Source of the DNA: Rhodospirillales bacterium
Lineage (GTDB): Bacteria > Pseudomonadota > Alphaproteobacteria > Rhodospirillales > JANQFP01
Assembly: GCA_028277795.1 (NCBI GenBank)
Contig: JANQFP010000207.1
Location: 83,804 to 147,803 of the forward strand
DNA length: 64,000 nucleotides
Direction: 5' to 3'
Shown here: positions 54,745 through 63,996 of the stretch, piece after piece
Position numbering within the stretch: position 1 is the stretch's first letter
Layout: each line of letters starts with the position of its first letter
Position numbers and translations under genes: made by a program
The notes under the pieces: generated by a model
Databases searched by the model: none
Told to the model about the DNA's origin: nothing
Seen by the model: only the letters and a program-made list of their open reading frames with translations

Positions 54745-55695
54745 ATGAAAATCGGTGCACTCACACATCCTCGATACCGGGTTTTTCGACTCGTGCGAAG
54801 ACATCTAGCCAGGTTTCTGTTGTTATTTACGAGTAACCCAAAAATATTTCAGGTTATTGGGGACAGCTATTTTTTTGACGACGACCTAGTGGGGGCAATG
54901 CTCTTCTACAGAAAGGGGTATGATCAAGAAAATACTCTATATTTATACAACTCAATTTATCGTTGCCACTATGAATTACGGCATGAGATCCCCCCTATAT
55001 TCGTCAATTCCATAGAGAAGGCCGCAAGTACTTATATCGAAAACACGCTTGCCCGAGGCCTCGGCTTGCCCATGTTCAATGTCAGCAATGGGAGGTTGTG
55101 GCCGGACCGGGAGATCGATCCGCATAGGATGACAACATTGGTGTCGGAACATGGCGTCGGCAAGCAGCACATGTTCCCCTCGGATCATAACCTCCGGATG
55201 ATCGAAGCACACCTAGATAGCATGATCCTGCATGTCCGCGATCCCCGACAGGCGTTGCTGTCTTGGGTCCATCAGGTTGAGGAACCTTCGCTCGTTGAGC
55301 GCTACATCGAGTCCAATCTGACCAGCAGGGAGTATTATGATCTTGATTTGCGGGATAAAATCAATTGGCAGCTTACGCACCAGTTTCCCTCGGTCGTTCG
55401 ATGGTTGGGCGAATGGATAGACGTCATTGAGAAGAAGAAGATAAAAACAAGAATTCTCGTAACAACGTTCGAACAGATGAAAAGTGACGAACAAAGGTTC
55501 TTTGAAAATATCTTAGAATTTTATGATATCCCGCGGGAAAGATTCATAGAGCGTCCCTTGGAGTTGACTCGTGCCTTTGGCTATAGAAAAGGAACTGTTG
55601 ACGAATGGCGTCAAGTCTTCAGTTCTGATCAGAAAGAAAAAATCAACACCATGCTCCCAGAAGACGTCATGCGGTATTTCGGATGGAGCTATTGA
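54745..55695 (+). CDS. Sulfotransferase-domain protein (PAPS-dependent type)
   Basis: 5'-PSB-like SIEKAASTYIEN, 3'-PB-like HVRDPRQALLSW, and C-terminal YRKGTVDEWRQVFSSDQKEKI (compare RKGxxGDWKxxF). ATG 54745 is preferred over TTG 54682. The gene is markedly AT-rich relative to its surroundings. Confidence 0.7.
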   Translation: MKIGALTHPRYRVFRLVRRHLARFLLLFTSNPKIFQVIGDSYFFDDDLVGAMLFYRKGYDQENTLYLYNSIYRCHYELRHEIPPIFVNSIEKAASTYIENTLARGLGLPMFNVSNGRLWPDREIDPHRMTTLVSEHGVGKQHMFPSDHNLRMIEAHLDSMILHVRDPRQALLSWVHQVEEPSLVERYIESNLTSREYYDLDLRDKINWQLTHQFPSVVRWLGEWIDVIEKKKIKTRILVTTFEQMKSDEQRFFENILEFYDIPRERFIERPLELTRAFGYRKGTVDEWRQVFSSDQKEKINTMLPEDVMRYFGWSY

Positions 55696-55711
55696 ACCGT
55701 CAACGGTTTTT
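55695..55711 (+). terminator. Possible intrinsic terminator after the sulfotransferase
   Basis: aaccg-tcaa-cggtt stem-loop running into a T-run (55707-55711) and overlapping the stop codon. The stem is short. Confidence 0.35.
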
Positions 55712-55825
55712 GGCTATGCGCCGGCCGGTCGGGCCCCACCCTGAGCATGGCAAATTCCATAGCGTGGACGGGAACGGCCGTCGTCCACGGCAGTCTCGGT
55801 TCAGGCAACGTACCCAACCATCGCG

Positions 55826-56872
55826 GTGAACCCCGAAAAGGTCCTTGTCGTCGGCGGTGCTGGCTTCATCGGCACCAACTTCTCCCTGTCCGCCTTGGCG
55901 CGCGGGTGCCGGGTGGTCGTGTTCGACAACCTGTCCCGCACCGGCGCTAGGGACAACCTTCGGCAACTGGAAGAAGCCGGAGGCGAACGGTTGCAGAGCC
56001 TATTAGGAGACGTTGCCGATCAGGCGGCAGTGGATGCATTGTTCGATCGCCACGGCGACGCTGAGGTGATTGTTCATTTGGCCGGCCAGGTAGCGGTAAC
56101 CACATCTGTGGCGGAGCCGCGTGCCGACTTCGAGGCCAATCTGATCGGCACGTTCAACCTGCTTGAGGCCATGCGCTACCGGCAGAGCCCGGCCGCCCTT
56201 TTGTATGCCTCGACGAACAAGGTGTACGGGGAGCTCAAGGGCGCCGCCGTGGAAACGGGCGACGACGGTTGGCGGTTCCGCGATCACGCTCATGGCATCG
56301 ACGAAACCCAGCCGCTGGACTTCCTGTCGCCCTATGGCTGCTCCAAGGGCGCCGCCGATCAATATGTGCTGGACTATGCCCGCATCTACGGGTTGCGGAC
56401 CGTGGCGCTGCGACAGAGTTGCGTCTACGGACCCTATCAATTCGGCATTGAGGACCAGGGGTGGGTTGCTTGGTTTGTCATCGCTGCCCTGCTCAGCCTG
56501 CCCATCACCCTCTACGGAGACGGCAAACAAGTGCGGGATGTGCTGTATGTGGACGACCTCATCGACCTCTATTGGTCCGTGGTCAAGCACGCCGACCGCG
56601 CCGCAGGGCAAGCCTACAACGTCGGTGGCGGGATCCACCGCATGTCCCTGCTCCAACTGATCGCGATTCTCGAGGGGCTGCTCGACCGGAAGATCCCGGT
56701 CGGTTTCGCCGACCCCCGTCCGGGAGACCAGAAGGTGTTCTTCTGCGACACGGGCAAGGCCCGACGTGACCTGGGCTGGGAGGCCCGGGTGACGGCAGCC
56801 GACGGCGTTGCGCGGCTGCTAGCCTGGGCCCGCGAAAACAAAGATCGGATCGCTGCGGTCGTCTCCCGTTGA
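55826..56872 (+). CDS. NAD-dependent sugar epimerase/dehydratase (extended SDR, CDP-paratose 2-epimerase/UDP-Glc 4-epimerase-like)
   Basis: VLVVGGAGFIGTNF, STNKVYG, SPYGCSKGAADQY (YxxxK). GTG start. Confidence 0.8.
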   Translation: MNPEKVLVVGGAGFIGTNFSLSALARGCRVVVFDNLSRTGARDNLRQLEEAGGERLQSLLGDVADQAAVDALFDRHGDAEVIVHLAGQVAVTTSVAEPRADFEANLIGTFNLLEAMRYRQSPAALLYASTNKVYGELKGAAVETGDDGWRFRDHAHGIDETQPLDFLSPYGCSKGAADQYVLDYARIYGLRTVALRQSCVYGPYQFGIEDQGWVAWFVIAALLSLPITLYGDGKQVRDVLYVDDLIDLYWSVVKHADRAAGQAYNVGGGIHRMSLLQLIAILEGLLDRKIPVGFADPRPGDQKVFFCDTGKARRDLGWEARVTAADGVARLLAWARENKDRIAAVVSR

Positions 56873-57915
56873 TCGCCGTCCATGCCATCGCCGACACGGG
56901 GACCGACTGGTACCCCAAGAACGCAATGGAGACGTTCCGGCGGCACTCCCGCCTCAGCTTCGTCGATACCCCCGCAGCGGCCGATCTGATCTGGATCTTC
57001 TCCTACTACCTTCCCCTGGACGCCATTGCCGCCCGTCCCTGGACCGCCCGGTTTACCGGTTCGGGTGCCATCCGCCGCCGCCGCGGGCTGACCGGCGCGC
57101 CGATTATCGGAACCGTCCATCACCTGGTTCCGAAAAAGGAGAGTGACTTCCTGCCCCGCATCCGTCGGCTCGATGCCGTCTGCGACGCCATCCATTTCTT
57201 CTCGCGGATTAACGTCGAGGAATGCCGCCGCTATTTCTCGACGCCGATCCTCCTGCTTCCCTATTGGATCGACCTGAACCGGTTTCGCCGGCAGGGCCCG
57301 GATGCGCGCGCGGCGGTACGTTCCCGCTGGGGCATTCCCGGTGACCGCGTGGTCCTGGGCAGCTTCCAACGCGACACCGAGGCCGACATGGTGACGCCGA
57401 AGCTGGAGAAGGGGCCCGACGTGTTCTGTGATGTGGTCGAGCGCCTTGACCCGGCCAAGGTATTCGTACTGCTGGCTGGCGAGCGGCGCCACTACGTCGA
57501 GCGCCGGCTCGCCGCGGCCAGGGTGCCGTTTCGCAATGTCGGCAAGGTGCCTCACGGCGAGATCGCCGGTCTTTATGGATGCCTCGACTTCTATCTGGTG
57601 ACCTCCCGTTACGAGGGTGGGCCGCAGGCCATCCTCGAATGCATGGCCACTGGCACCCCCATCTATTCGACCCCGGTCGGTATCGCGGACGAACTCGAAT
57701 CCGAGGTCATCTGCGCCGATACGGACCGCTTCGTGGCGGCGCTGAGCAGGCCTTATCCGCCGGTCCTGGACGCCCATGCGGAGCGAGTCCGGGCGTTCGA
57801 CGCGGGGGCCGTGGTCAACGCGTTCGAGCGTGCGTTCCGCCAACTCGTCGAAGGACACAGGGCCTCGTCCGGCGACCTGTGCCGCGCCGCGCCGGGGCTC
57901 ACCTGGGCCCAATGA
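56869..57915 (+). CDS. GT4-family glycosyltransferase
   Basis: C-terminal GT-B donor domain with YEGGPQAILECMATGTPIYSTPVG (E-x7-E). TTG start overlaps the upstream stop and is uncertain. Confidence 0.7.
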   Translation: MIAVHAIADTGTDWYPKNAMETFRRHSRLSFVDTPAAADLIWIFSYYLPLDAIAARPWTARFTGSGAIRRRRGLTGAPIIGTVHHLVPKKESDFLPRIRRLDAVCDAIHFFSRINVEECRRYFSTPILLLPYWIDLNRFRRQGPDARAAVRSRWGIPGDRVVLGSFQRDTEADMVTPKLEKGPDVFCDVVERLDPAKVFVLLAGERRHYVERRLAAARVPFRNVGKVPHGEIAGLYGCLDFYLVTSRYEGGPQAILECMATGTPIYSTPVGIADELESEVICADTDRFVAALSRPYPPVLDAHAERVRAFDAGAVVNAFERAFRQLVEGHRASSGDLCRAAPGLTWAQ

Positions 57916-57973
57916 GCGCGGGGACACCGCACGCGGCGGTGCGCCGATCCCTGTCCCCTTCAGGAGCTCGACC

Positions 57974-58960
57974 ATGAGGATCTGCATCCCCATAGAGGCG
58001 TCCACGCCCGCGGGTGCATTCCAGTTCCTCGCCGGTTTCGAGGCGTACCTTCACCAGGCGGGCTGGACGGTCACCCGTGATCTGGGCGACGGTTACGACA
58101 TCCTGTTCGCCAATTCATGGCATGTGGTGCGCGCGCAAGTGTTGGAGGGGCTGCGCAGGAACCCCTTGGCCCGTGTCATCCATCGCATCGACGGCGTCGC
58201 GGCGGACTACGGCCGACAAGACGGTTCCGATGCCCACCAGACCCGCGTTAACCGCCTCGCCGACGTCACCATCTTCCAGAGCCATTACGGTCGGCATGCT
58301 GCCCGCGAACGATACCGGGTGATCGCCCACGACGGCCCGGTCATCCACAATCCCGTGGACGTGGAGCGGTTTTTGCCCGACGGTCCGTCCCATCCAATGC
58401 CCGATTGGCCCACCGGCGCCAAGGTGGTATGCGTGACCTGGAGCACCAATCCCATGAAAGGCGCAGCGGAGGTATACGCGACGGCTCGACAAAACCCGGA
58501 CACCCTGTTCGTCCTCTGCGGCCGCTATCCCGACGCGCCCGAAATGCCGAATGTCCACCCCATGGGCGTGCTCGACCGAGAGCACTTGGCGGCGGCCCTG
58601 CGGACCTGCGATCTCTTGCTCACCTACTCCCGCAACGAGGCCTGTCCCAACCATGTCCTTGAGGGTTTGGCCAGCGGACTGCCGGTGCTCTACGTCGATT
58701 CCGGGGCCAGCGCCGAGCTGGTCGGCGATGCCGGGCTCCCCGTCACCGTGGACGATTTCGGGGACGGCCTGGCGCGAATCATTTCCGATCGGGGCGCGTG
58801 GGCAGGGCGTGCGCGAGCCCGCGCGCTTGACCGTTTCGCGCCCGACGTGGTGTTTCCCCGTTACGAGACGGAGATGACGGCGGCCGTCGCCCGTCCGCCG
58901 GGGCGTCGGGCGCTGCTCTCCTGGGCCGAAGTCGTCAGCTTCGCTCGCCGGGGGTGCTGA
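57974..58960 (+). CDS. GT4-family glycosyltransferase
   Basis: Start trimmed to ATG 57974 (MRICIPIE...). NEACPNHVLEGLASGLPVLY gives the E-x7-E motif. Confidence 0.7.
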   Translation: MRICIPIEASTPAGAFQFLAGFEAYLHQAGWTVTRDLGDGYDILFANSWHVVRAQVLEGLRRNPLARVIHRIDGVAADYGRQDGSDAHQTRVNRLADVTIFQSHYGRHAARERYRVIAHDGPVIHNPVDVERFLPDGPSHPMPDWPTGAKVVCVTWSTNPMKGAAEVYATARQNPDTLFVLCGRYPDAPEMPNVHPMGVLDREHLAAALRTCDLLLTYSRNEACPNHVLEGLASGLPVLYVDSGASAELVGDAGLPVTVDDFGDGLARIISDRGAWAGRARARALDRFAPDVVFPRYETEMTAAVARPPGRRALLSWAEVVSFARRGC

Positions 58961-58974
58961 TCGGAGACGTGGTC

Positions 58975-59958
58975 ATGTCCGATCCCTTGGTGACCATCGG
59001 GATCCTTAGCTACAACCGCCTGCACTACCTGCGCGCACTGATCGCATCGGCGCGTGACTGCATCCGCTATGGTCCGCTGCAATGGATCGTCGTCGATAAC
59101 GTATCCGCGGAGCCCGGCCTGCGTGAATATCTCGAGGGGCTCGATTTCGTTGATGCCCTGCTGTTTCAGGAATCGACCCACGTCGAGGCCATGAATCTGA
59201 TCGTCGAGCGGGCGCGGGGCGACTACCTGCTGCTGCTGCCCGAGGACGTGCAGTTCATCGTGCGCGGCGACTGGCTGCGGGATTTCGTCGATGTGCTGGA
59301 CCGCCATCGCCACATCGGCGGCATCGTGTTCGATGTCCAGCGCACGGCGACCATAGCACGGCAATTCCCGCGCCTGTGGCCGATCCCTTTCCCCGGGCGA
59401 CGGCGTCCCGCCGTCTACACCAGCACCCGCGGGCGCGCTTTCCTTGGCTACGGCACCACCAAGCCCGGCATCATTGGTGCCGGCATCGTCAGTTTCGCCC
59501 GCAAGGAGACGTGGACCACGCTGGGGCCATGGCGGACCACCGAAGCGCAGACCGTGCGCGATTCCAGCGCCGGGGGCGAGGCCGAAATGCTGGAGCGCTA
59601 CCGGCGCATGGGCCTGAAATGGGAGCGGGTGTTGGCGCGCACGCCGGTGGCCGCCAACGTGGTCACCGATCCGCGCGGCACCAAGGCCCGGGTTCGCCGC
59701 GGCCGGCGGTATGGCGCCTATTGGGCGCCGCCCGCCGGCGACGTCTACTACCAGATCTACGATCAGGACGAGGCGGACCGCCTCGCCGAGGGCTGCGGTG
59801 CCGCGGCGCCCGGTTTCGAGGACTTCGTCCGTCCCCTGGGGTTCGAGCTTCCGATGGACGAACACGGCAACCTGTTGAAGATGCCGTTCGAACGGGAGGA
59901 CGATCCGTTCGAATGGGTCAGCCCTGCCGACGCCGCGGCGGCAGGGCGAACGGGATGA
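58975..59958 (+). CDS. GT2-family glycosyltransferase
   Basis: VTIGILSYNRLHYLRALIAS, VVDNVS and LLLPEDVQF (DxD-like). GT-A fold N-terminus. Confidence 0.7.
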   Translation: MSDPLVTIGILSYNRLHYLRALIASARDCIRYGPLQWIVVDNVSAEPGLREYLEGLDFVDALLFQESTHVEAMNLIVERARGDYLLLLPEDVQFIVRGDWLRDFVDVLDRHRHIGGIVFDVQRTATIARQFPRLWPIPFPGRRRPAVYTSTRGRAFLGYGTTKPGIIGAGIVSFARKETWTTLGPWRTTEAQTVRDSSAGGEAEMLERYRRMGLKWERVLARTPVAANVVTDPRGTKARVRRGRRYGAYWAPPAGDVYYQIYDQDEADRLAEGCGAAAPGFEDFVRPLGFELPMDEHGNLLKMPFEREDDPFEWVSPADAAAAGRTG

Positions 59959-61091
59959 GGCTGTGCTTGTTCTTCACCCTGGACGCCTCCCTCGGGACGT
60001 GGGAGACGGGTGGCATGCTGGAGCGGGAGGTGGCGCTCTACCGCCGGCTGCATGCCCGCGGCGTGGAAGTGGACTTCATCACCTACGGCGGCTACGCCGA
60101 CGGGGCCTATGCCGATCGCCTTTCGGGCATCCGGGTGCACGGCAATCGCTGGCGGCTCCCCCGCCCTCTATACTCCCGGCTGATCGGCCCGCTGCACGGC
60201 ACGGCCCTCCGTGCCGCCACGGTGATCAAGAGCAATCAGGTACGCGGAGGCGACGTCGCCCTGGCGGCCGCGCGCCGTTTCGGCAAACCGTTCGTGGCGC
60301 GCTGCGGCTACCTGCCCGCCGAGTTCGCGGCAGAGGCCTTCGGGCATGGTTCTCGGCAGGAGAACAAGGCGCGGGGTTTGGAAAGGCATGTCTTCACAGG
60401 CGCCGATCGGGTGGTGGTGACCACGGAAGAGATGCGAGATCGGGTGATCGCCGACCATCGGGTCGATGGGGCGCGGGTGCGGGTCATCCCCAATTACGTG
60501 GACACGGATGCGTTTCAGCCCGGCACCCCGGGTGACCCCCGGCGCGTCTGCTTTGTCGGGCGCCTCGTCGAACAGAAGAACCTGTTCGCGTTGCTGGAGG
60601 CCGCGCGCGGCCTCGGTGTGGAGTTGACGATGGCAGGTGACGGGCACCTCCGCGCAGGGTTGGCCGATAAAGCGCGACGCACCGGCGTCGCGGCGACCTT
60701 TCTCGGCACCGTGCCCCACGGCCGGTTGCCCGCCCTGCTCAACGAATCGGCGATCTTCGTCCTGCCGTCCCGCTACGAGGGTCACCCCAAGACGTTGCTG
60801 GAAGCGATGGCCTGCGGCCGTGCCGTGATCGGCACGGACGTGCCGGGGACTCGCGAGATCATCAGCGATGGTGTGAACGGTCTCTTGTGCAGACCCGAGC
60901 CCGGCGCCCTACGCGAGGCCATGGCAACGCTATTGCGCGATCCAGCCCTGCGGGCGCGCCTCGGCGCCGAGGCGCGGCGCACCGCAGAGCGGGATTTCGC
61001 CTTGGATGCGGTGGTCGAGAAAGAGCAAGCGCTGCTCGCGGAACTGGCGGGACCGACGCCAGACGACCTCGGCGAAGGCGGCCGGTTTTGA
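59955..61091 (+). CDS. GT4-family glycosyltransferase
   Basis: Start at ATG 59955 (ATGA overlap). FVGRLVEQKN and SRYEGHPKTLLEAMACGRAVIGTDVPGTREII (E-x7-E). Confidence 0.8.
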   Translation: MRLCLFFTLDASLGTWETGGMLEREVALYRRLHARGVEVDFITYGGYADGAYADRLSGIRVHGNRWRLPRPLYSRLIGPLHGTALRAATVIKSNQVRGGDVALAAARRFGKPFVARCGYLPAEFAAEAFGHGSRQENKARGLERHVFTGADRVVVTTEEMRDRVIADHRVDGARVRVIPNYVDTDAFQPGTPGDPRRVCFVGRLVEQKNLFALLEAARGLGVELTMAGDGHLRAGLADKARRTGVAATFLGTVPHGRLPALLNESAIFVLPSRYEGHPKTLLEAMACGRAVIGTDVPGTREIISDGVNGLLCRPEPGALREAMATLLRDPALRARLGAEARRTAERDFALDAVVEKEQALLAELAGPTPDDLGEGGRF

Positions 61092-61121
61092 GGTCCCGGT
61101 AGCGGGTCGCGCGGATCGCGG

Positions 61122-62903
61122 ATGGACGTCTTAGGCATCTCCCTGGGCCACGACACCAACTTCGCCCTGGTGTCGGACGGCCGCCTGGTCGCGTCCGTCG
61201 AGGCCGAGCGCTTCTTCCGTCGGAAGCGCTACAAGCTGCACTGCCAGACCCTCGAACCAGGCCGGCAGCCGTCTGGCTTCCAGTACGTCGACGTGACCGA
61301 GCTGGAAGCTTTCCTCGAAGCCGTCGGCGAGGCCTGGGGTCGCCGCTTCGACCATATCGCCGTGCAGAACCAGGGTCGGACGGCGGAGTTCGAGAACCTT
61401 GCCGTCCTTCTCGACCGCCTCGGCTTTCGTTACGGGGCCATTCACGCCGTCGACCACCACTTGGCCCACGCAGCGCTCGGATTCTACACATCGCCGTATC
61501 GGGATGCTCTGGTGTTCAGCTACGACGGCTTCGGCAACGACGGCAACACGGTGATGTTCCACGCCACTGGCGACGGCGGCGTCCGTTACCTGCACCGGGG
61601 CGACATCCGTTTCGGCCAGAGCTACAACAATCTGGGCTACATCGCCGGCGTCCAGCCGGAGGTGTGCGGCACCAGCGCCGGCAAGACCATGGGCCTCGCC
61701 GCCTACGGTACCGCGCGCGGCGACTGGATGGCCTGCGCCCGGCGGTACGTCCGCGAGTACCGCAAGATCCTGCCCGCGGCGGCCAATGGCATCCGTCCGT
61801 TCGGTGCCGGGCACCGAATCAACGCGGTAGCCTTGGCGGAAATTGCGGACCTCGGCCGCTACGTGACGTACGAGCGGGACGAGCCCGGCCCGGCGACCTT
61901 GGGCGGCCGCCTGCGCCAGGCCTTGCGGGCGGCGCCGCTCCGTCCCGTCCTGCGTCTGCCGGGTGTGGATGACCGCGATGCCCAGGACCTGACGGCGACC
62001 GTCCAGGCAGCCTGGACCGCCGAGGCGCTGGCCTGCTTGGAGGGATTCGCCCAGGTGAGCAGGAACCTATGCGTGGTCGGCGGCTGTGCCCTTAACGGCG
62101 TCACCAACCACGCCATCGAGACCAGCGGCCTTTTCGAGCGCATCCACTTCATACCCAATCCCACCGACTGTGGCCTCGCGGGCGGCGCCGCGTTGCAGGT
62201 TGCTCACCGGGAAGGCAGCGCCGCCTTCGGCGGGTGCGACGCCTTCTTCTCGCCCTACCTCGGAATGGAGCCGTTCGACAGCGACCGCCTGCCCGAGTTG
62301 CGCCGCGCCTATCCCCATCGCAAACTGGAACCACCGCTGGTCCCCGGCGTGCTTGCCCGTCTGCTATGGGAGAACCGCCTGATCGGCGTCATCCGCGGCC
62401 GTTACGAGGTCGGCCCCCGCGCCCTCGGCAACCGCTCGATCCTGTGCAATCCCTTCGACCCGGATATGCGCGACGTATTAAATGCCAAGGTCAAGCACCG
62501 CGAGTGGTACCGCCCCTTCGCCCCGGTCGCCACGGCGGAGGATGCCGGCCGCTTCTTCACCAACGTGGCCGACATCCCGTACATGTCGGTGATCTGCCAC
62601 ACGCGGCCCGAATGGCGCGAGCGGCTGCCGTCGGTGACGCACGTGGACGGTAGCGCCCGCCTGCAGACGGTGCGCCGCGACCAAAACCCGTTCCTCCACG
62701 ACATCTTGAAGGCGTTCGAATCGCTGTCCGGCGCGCCGGTTCTGCTCAACACGTCGTTCAACCCGCGCGGCGAGCCGATCCTGAACTATCTCGCCGTGGG
62801 CCTGGAGATGTTGGAGTCCACCGACCTGGATTTCGTCCTCATCGACGAGACGCTGTTTTGCCGAACGGGACGGCCGGATCTTCTGTCTTTCGGAGGGGCG
62901 TGA
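61122..62903 (+). CDS. Carbamoyltransferase (NodU/CmcH/TobZ family)
   Basis: VLGISLGHDTNFALV, HHLAHAA, and the C-terminal YrdC/Kae1-like carbamoyl-AMP domain motifs (GPRALGNRSIL, VTHVDGSARLQTV, LLNTSFN). Confidence 0.85.
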   Translation: MDVLGISLGHDTNFALVSDGRLVASVEAERFFRRKRYKLHCQTLEPGRQPSGFQYVDVTELEAFLEAVGEAWGRRFDHIAVQNQGRTAEFENLAVLLDRLGFRYGAIHAVDHHLAHAALGFYTSPYRDALVFSYDGFGNDGNTVMFHATGDGGVRYLHRGDIRFGQSYNNLGYIAGVQPEVCGTSAGKTMGLAAYGTARGDWMACARRYVREYRKILPAAANGIRPFGAGHRINAVALAEIADLGRYVTYERDEPGPATLGGRLRQALRAAPLRPVLRLPGVDDRDAQDLTATVQAAWTAEALACLEGFAQVSRNLCVVGGCALNGVTNHAIETSGLFERIHFIPNPTDCGLAGGAALQVAHREGSAAFGGCDAFFSPYLGMEPFDSDRLPELRRAYPHRKLEPPLVPGVLARLLWENRLIGVIRGRYEVGPRALGNRSILCNPFDPDMRDVLNAKVKHREWYRPFAPVATAEDAGRFFTNVADIPYMSVICHTRPEWRERLPSVTHVDGSARLQTVRRDQNPFLHDILKAFESLSGAPVLLNTSFNPRGEPILNYLAVGLEMLESTDLDFVLIDETLFCRTGRPDLLSFGGA

Positions 62904-63996
62904 CAAGGCCACGCACCGTGCCGGCCTCGGCCACCGAGCGGATCAAGTCCGCCAGGCGCTTGGCGATCTCCCTGATCCCCGTATCGCTGTAATGGACGAC
63001 GTCCGAATAGGCTTGGCCGGTGCGATCGTCGAGCAATCCGCTCCAGTCCACCGACGCGGCGCCGAAGGTCGCGAATGCGTCGTGCCGGTCGGCATAGCGC
63101 TCACGGGCTGCTTCGTAAAAGGCCCGGTATTGGGCGGTATGGGACGGATCCGGCAGGTAAGCGCGTTCCTGTTCAGTCGGGGTGCGTTTCGTGATCAGAA
63201 TCGGCTGCAGGATGCTGACGAAAGGGACGCCCTCGACCGCGGCAATGGCACTGATCCGCAAATCATTGGCGACCAGGCGGTCTGCATAGGCGCGGAGCTG
63301 AGCGAGTGTTCGTTCGCCGGGCGCCGGAACGGCGTCTTCCACGACGGCGAGGGACGACCCCTCCTTGCGTCGGCGGCGCCACCGTACGGCTTCCGAGGCG
63401 GCGAAGCGGGCCAAAATGGGAATACTGGCGGCCCGCAGGGATTGGACGATCAGGCTGGCGATTAGGCGCGCCGGTGGGCGGCCATTCAGCCAGCGCATCT
63501 GACGGATGGCGTCCTCGTTCCAGGAGATCAGGTTGAGGACGTTGACTGGCGAGTAGCCGGCATCGGACCAGGTCCTGCTCGGCGCGTCGAGCCGGGCCAG
63601 CACCGCATCCGTATAGCCATGAAAGGCGATCACCAGGTCGTGCGGGTAGTGGGAGAACTCGGTGGCGTAGGCGGCGAACTCGTTGATCGATCGATAGGCA
63701 TGGACGCCCAGGTTGACCACCTCGTAGCGCCGGCCGACGTCGTTGCCGAGCAGACGTTCGGTGACCGCGGTAATGGTGCCGTCGTTGGCAATGCCGGTTC
63801 CGCTCTCGGTGTGCAGGCTGGCTAGGCCGGCGAGATAGGAACCGCCGAGGACGAAGACCCGGAACACGTCCGCATCCTTGCGGCCCAAGTCCACCGGCCG
63901 GTCCGGATCGTTCTGGAGAATGCCGAAGCGATCGGTGTAGAGGCCGGCCCGTGACCCAGCGGATGTCTTGATGTTGGAGCGGCGGTCGAGAAACAC
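62839..63996 (-). CDS. SGNH/GDSL-like hydrolase or acyltransferase (5' end probably beyond the window)
   Basis: Block I-like VFVLGGSY, block V-like DVVHYSD. The frame stays open to the window edge, so the N-terminus is probably missing. The 3' end overlaps the convergent carbamoyltransferase by 65 nt. Confidence 0.55.
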   Translation of the reverse strand: MFLDRRSNIKTSAGSRAGLYTDRFGILQNDPDRPVDLGRKDADVFRVFVLGGSYLAGLASLHTESGTGIANDGTITAVTERLLGNDVGRRYEVVNLGVHAYRSINEFAAYATEFSHYPHDLVIAFHGYTDAVLARLDAPSRTWSDAGYSPVNVLNLISWNEDAIRQMRWLNGRPPARLIASLIVQSLRAASIPILARFAASEAVRWRRRRKEGSSLAVVEDAVPAPGERTLAQLRAYADRLVANDLRISAIAAVEGVPFVSILQPILITKRTPTEQERAYLPDPSHTAQYRAFYEAARERYADRHDAFATFGAASVDWSGLLDDRTGQAYSDVVHYSDTGIREIAKRLADLIRSVAEAGTVRGLVTPLRKTEDPAVPFGKTASRR

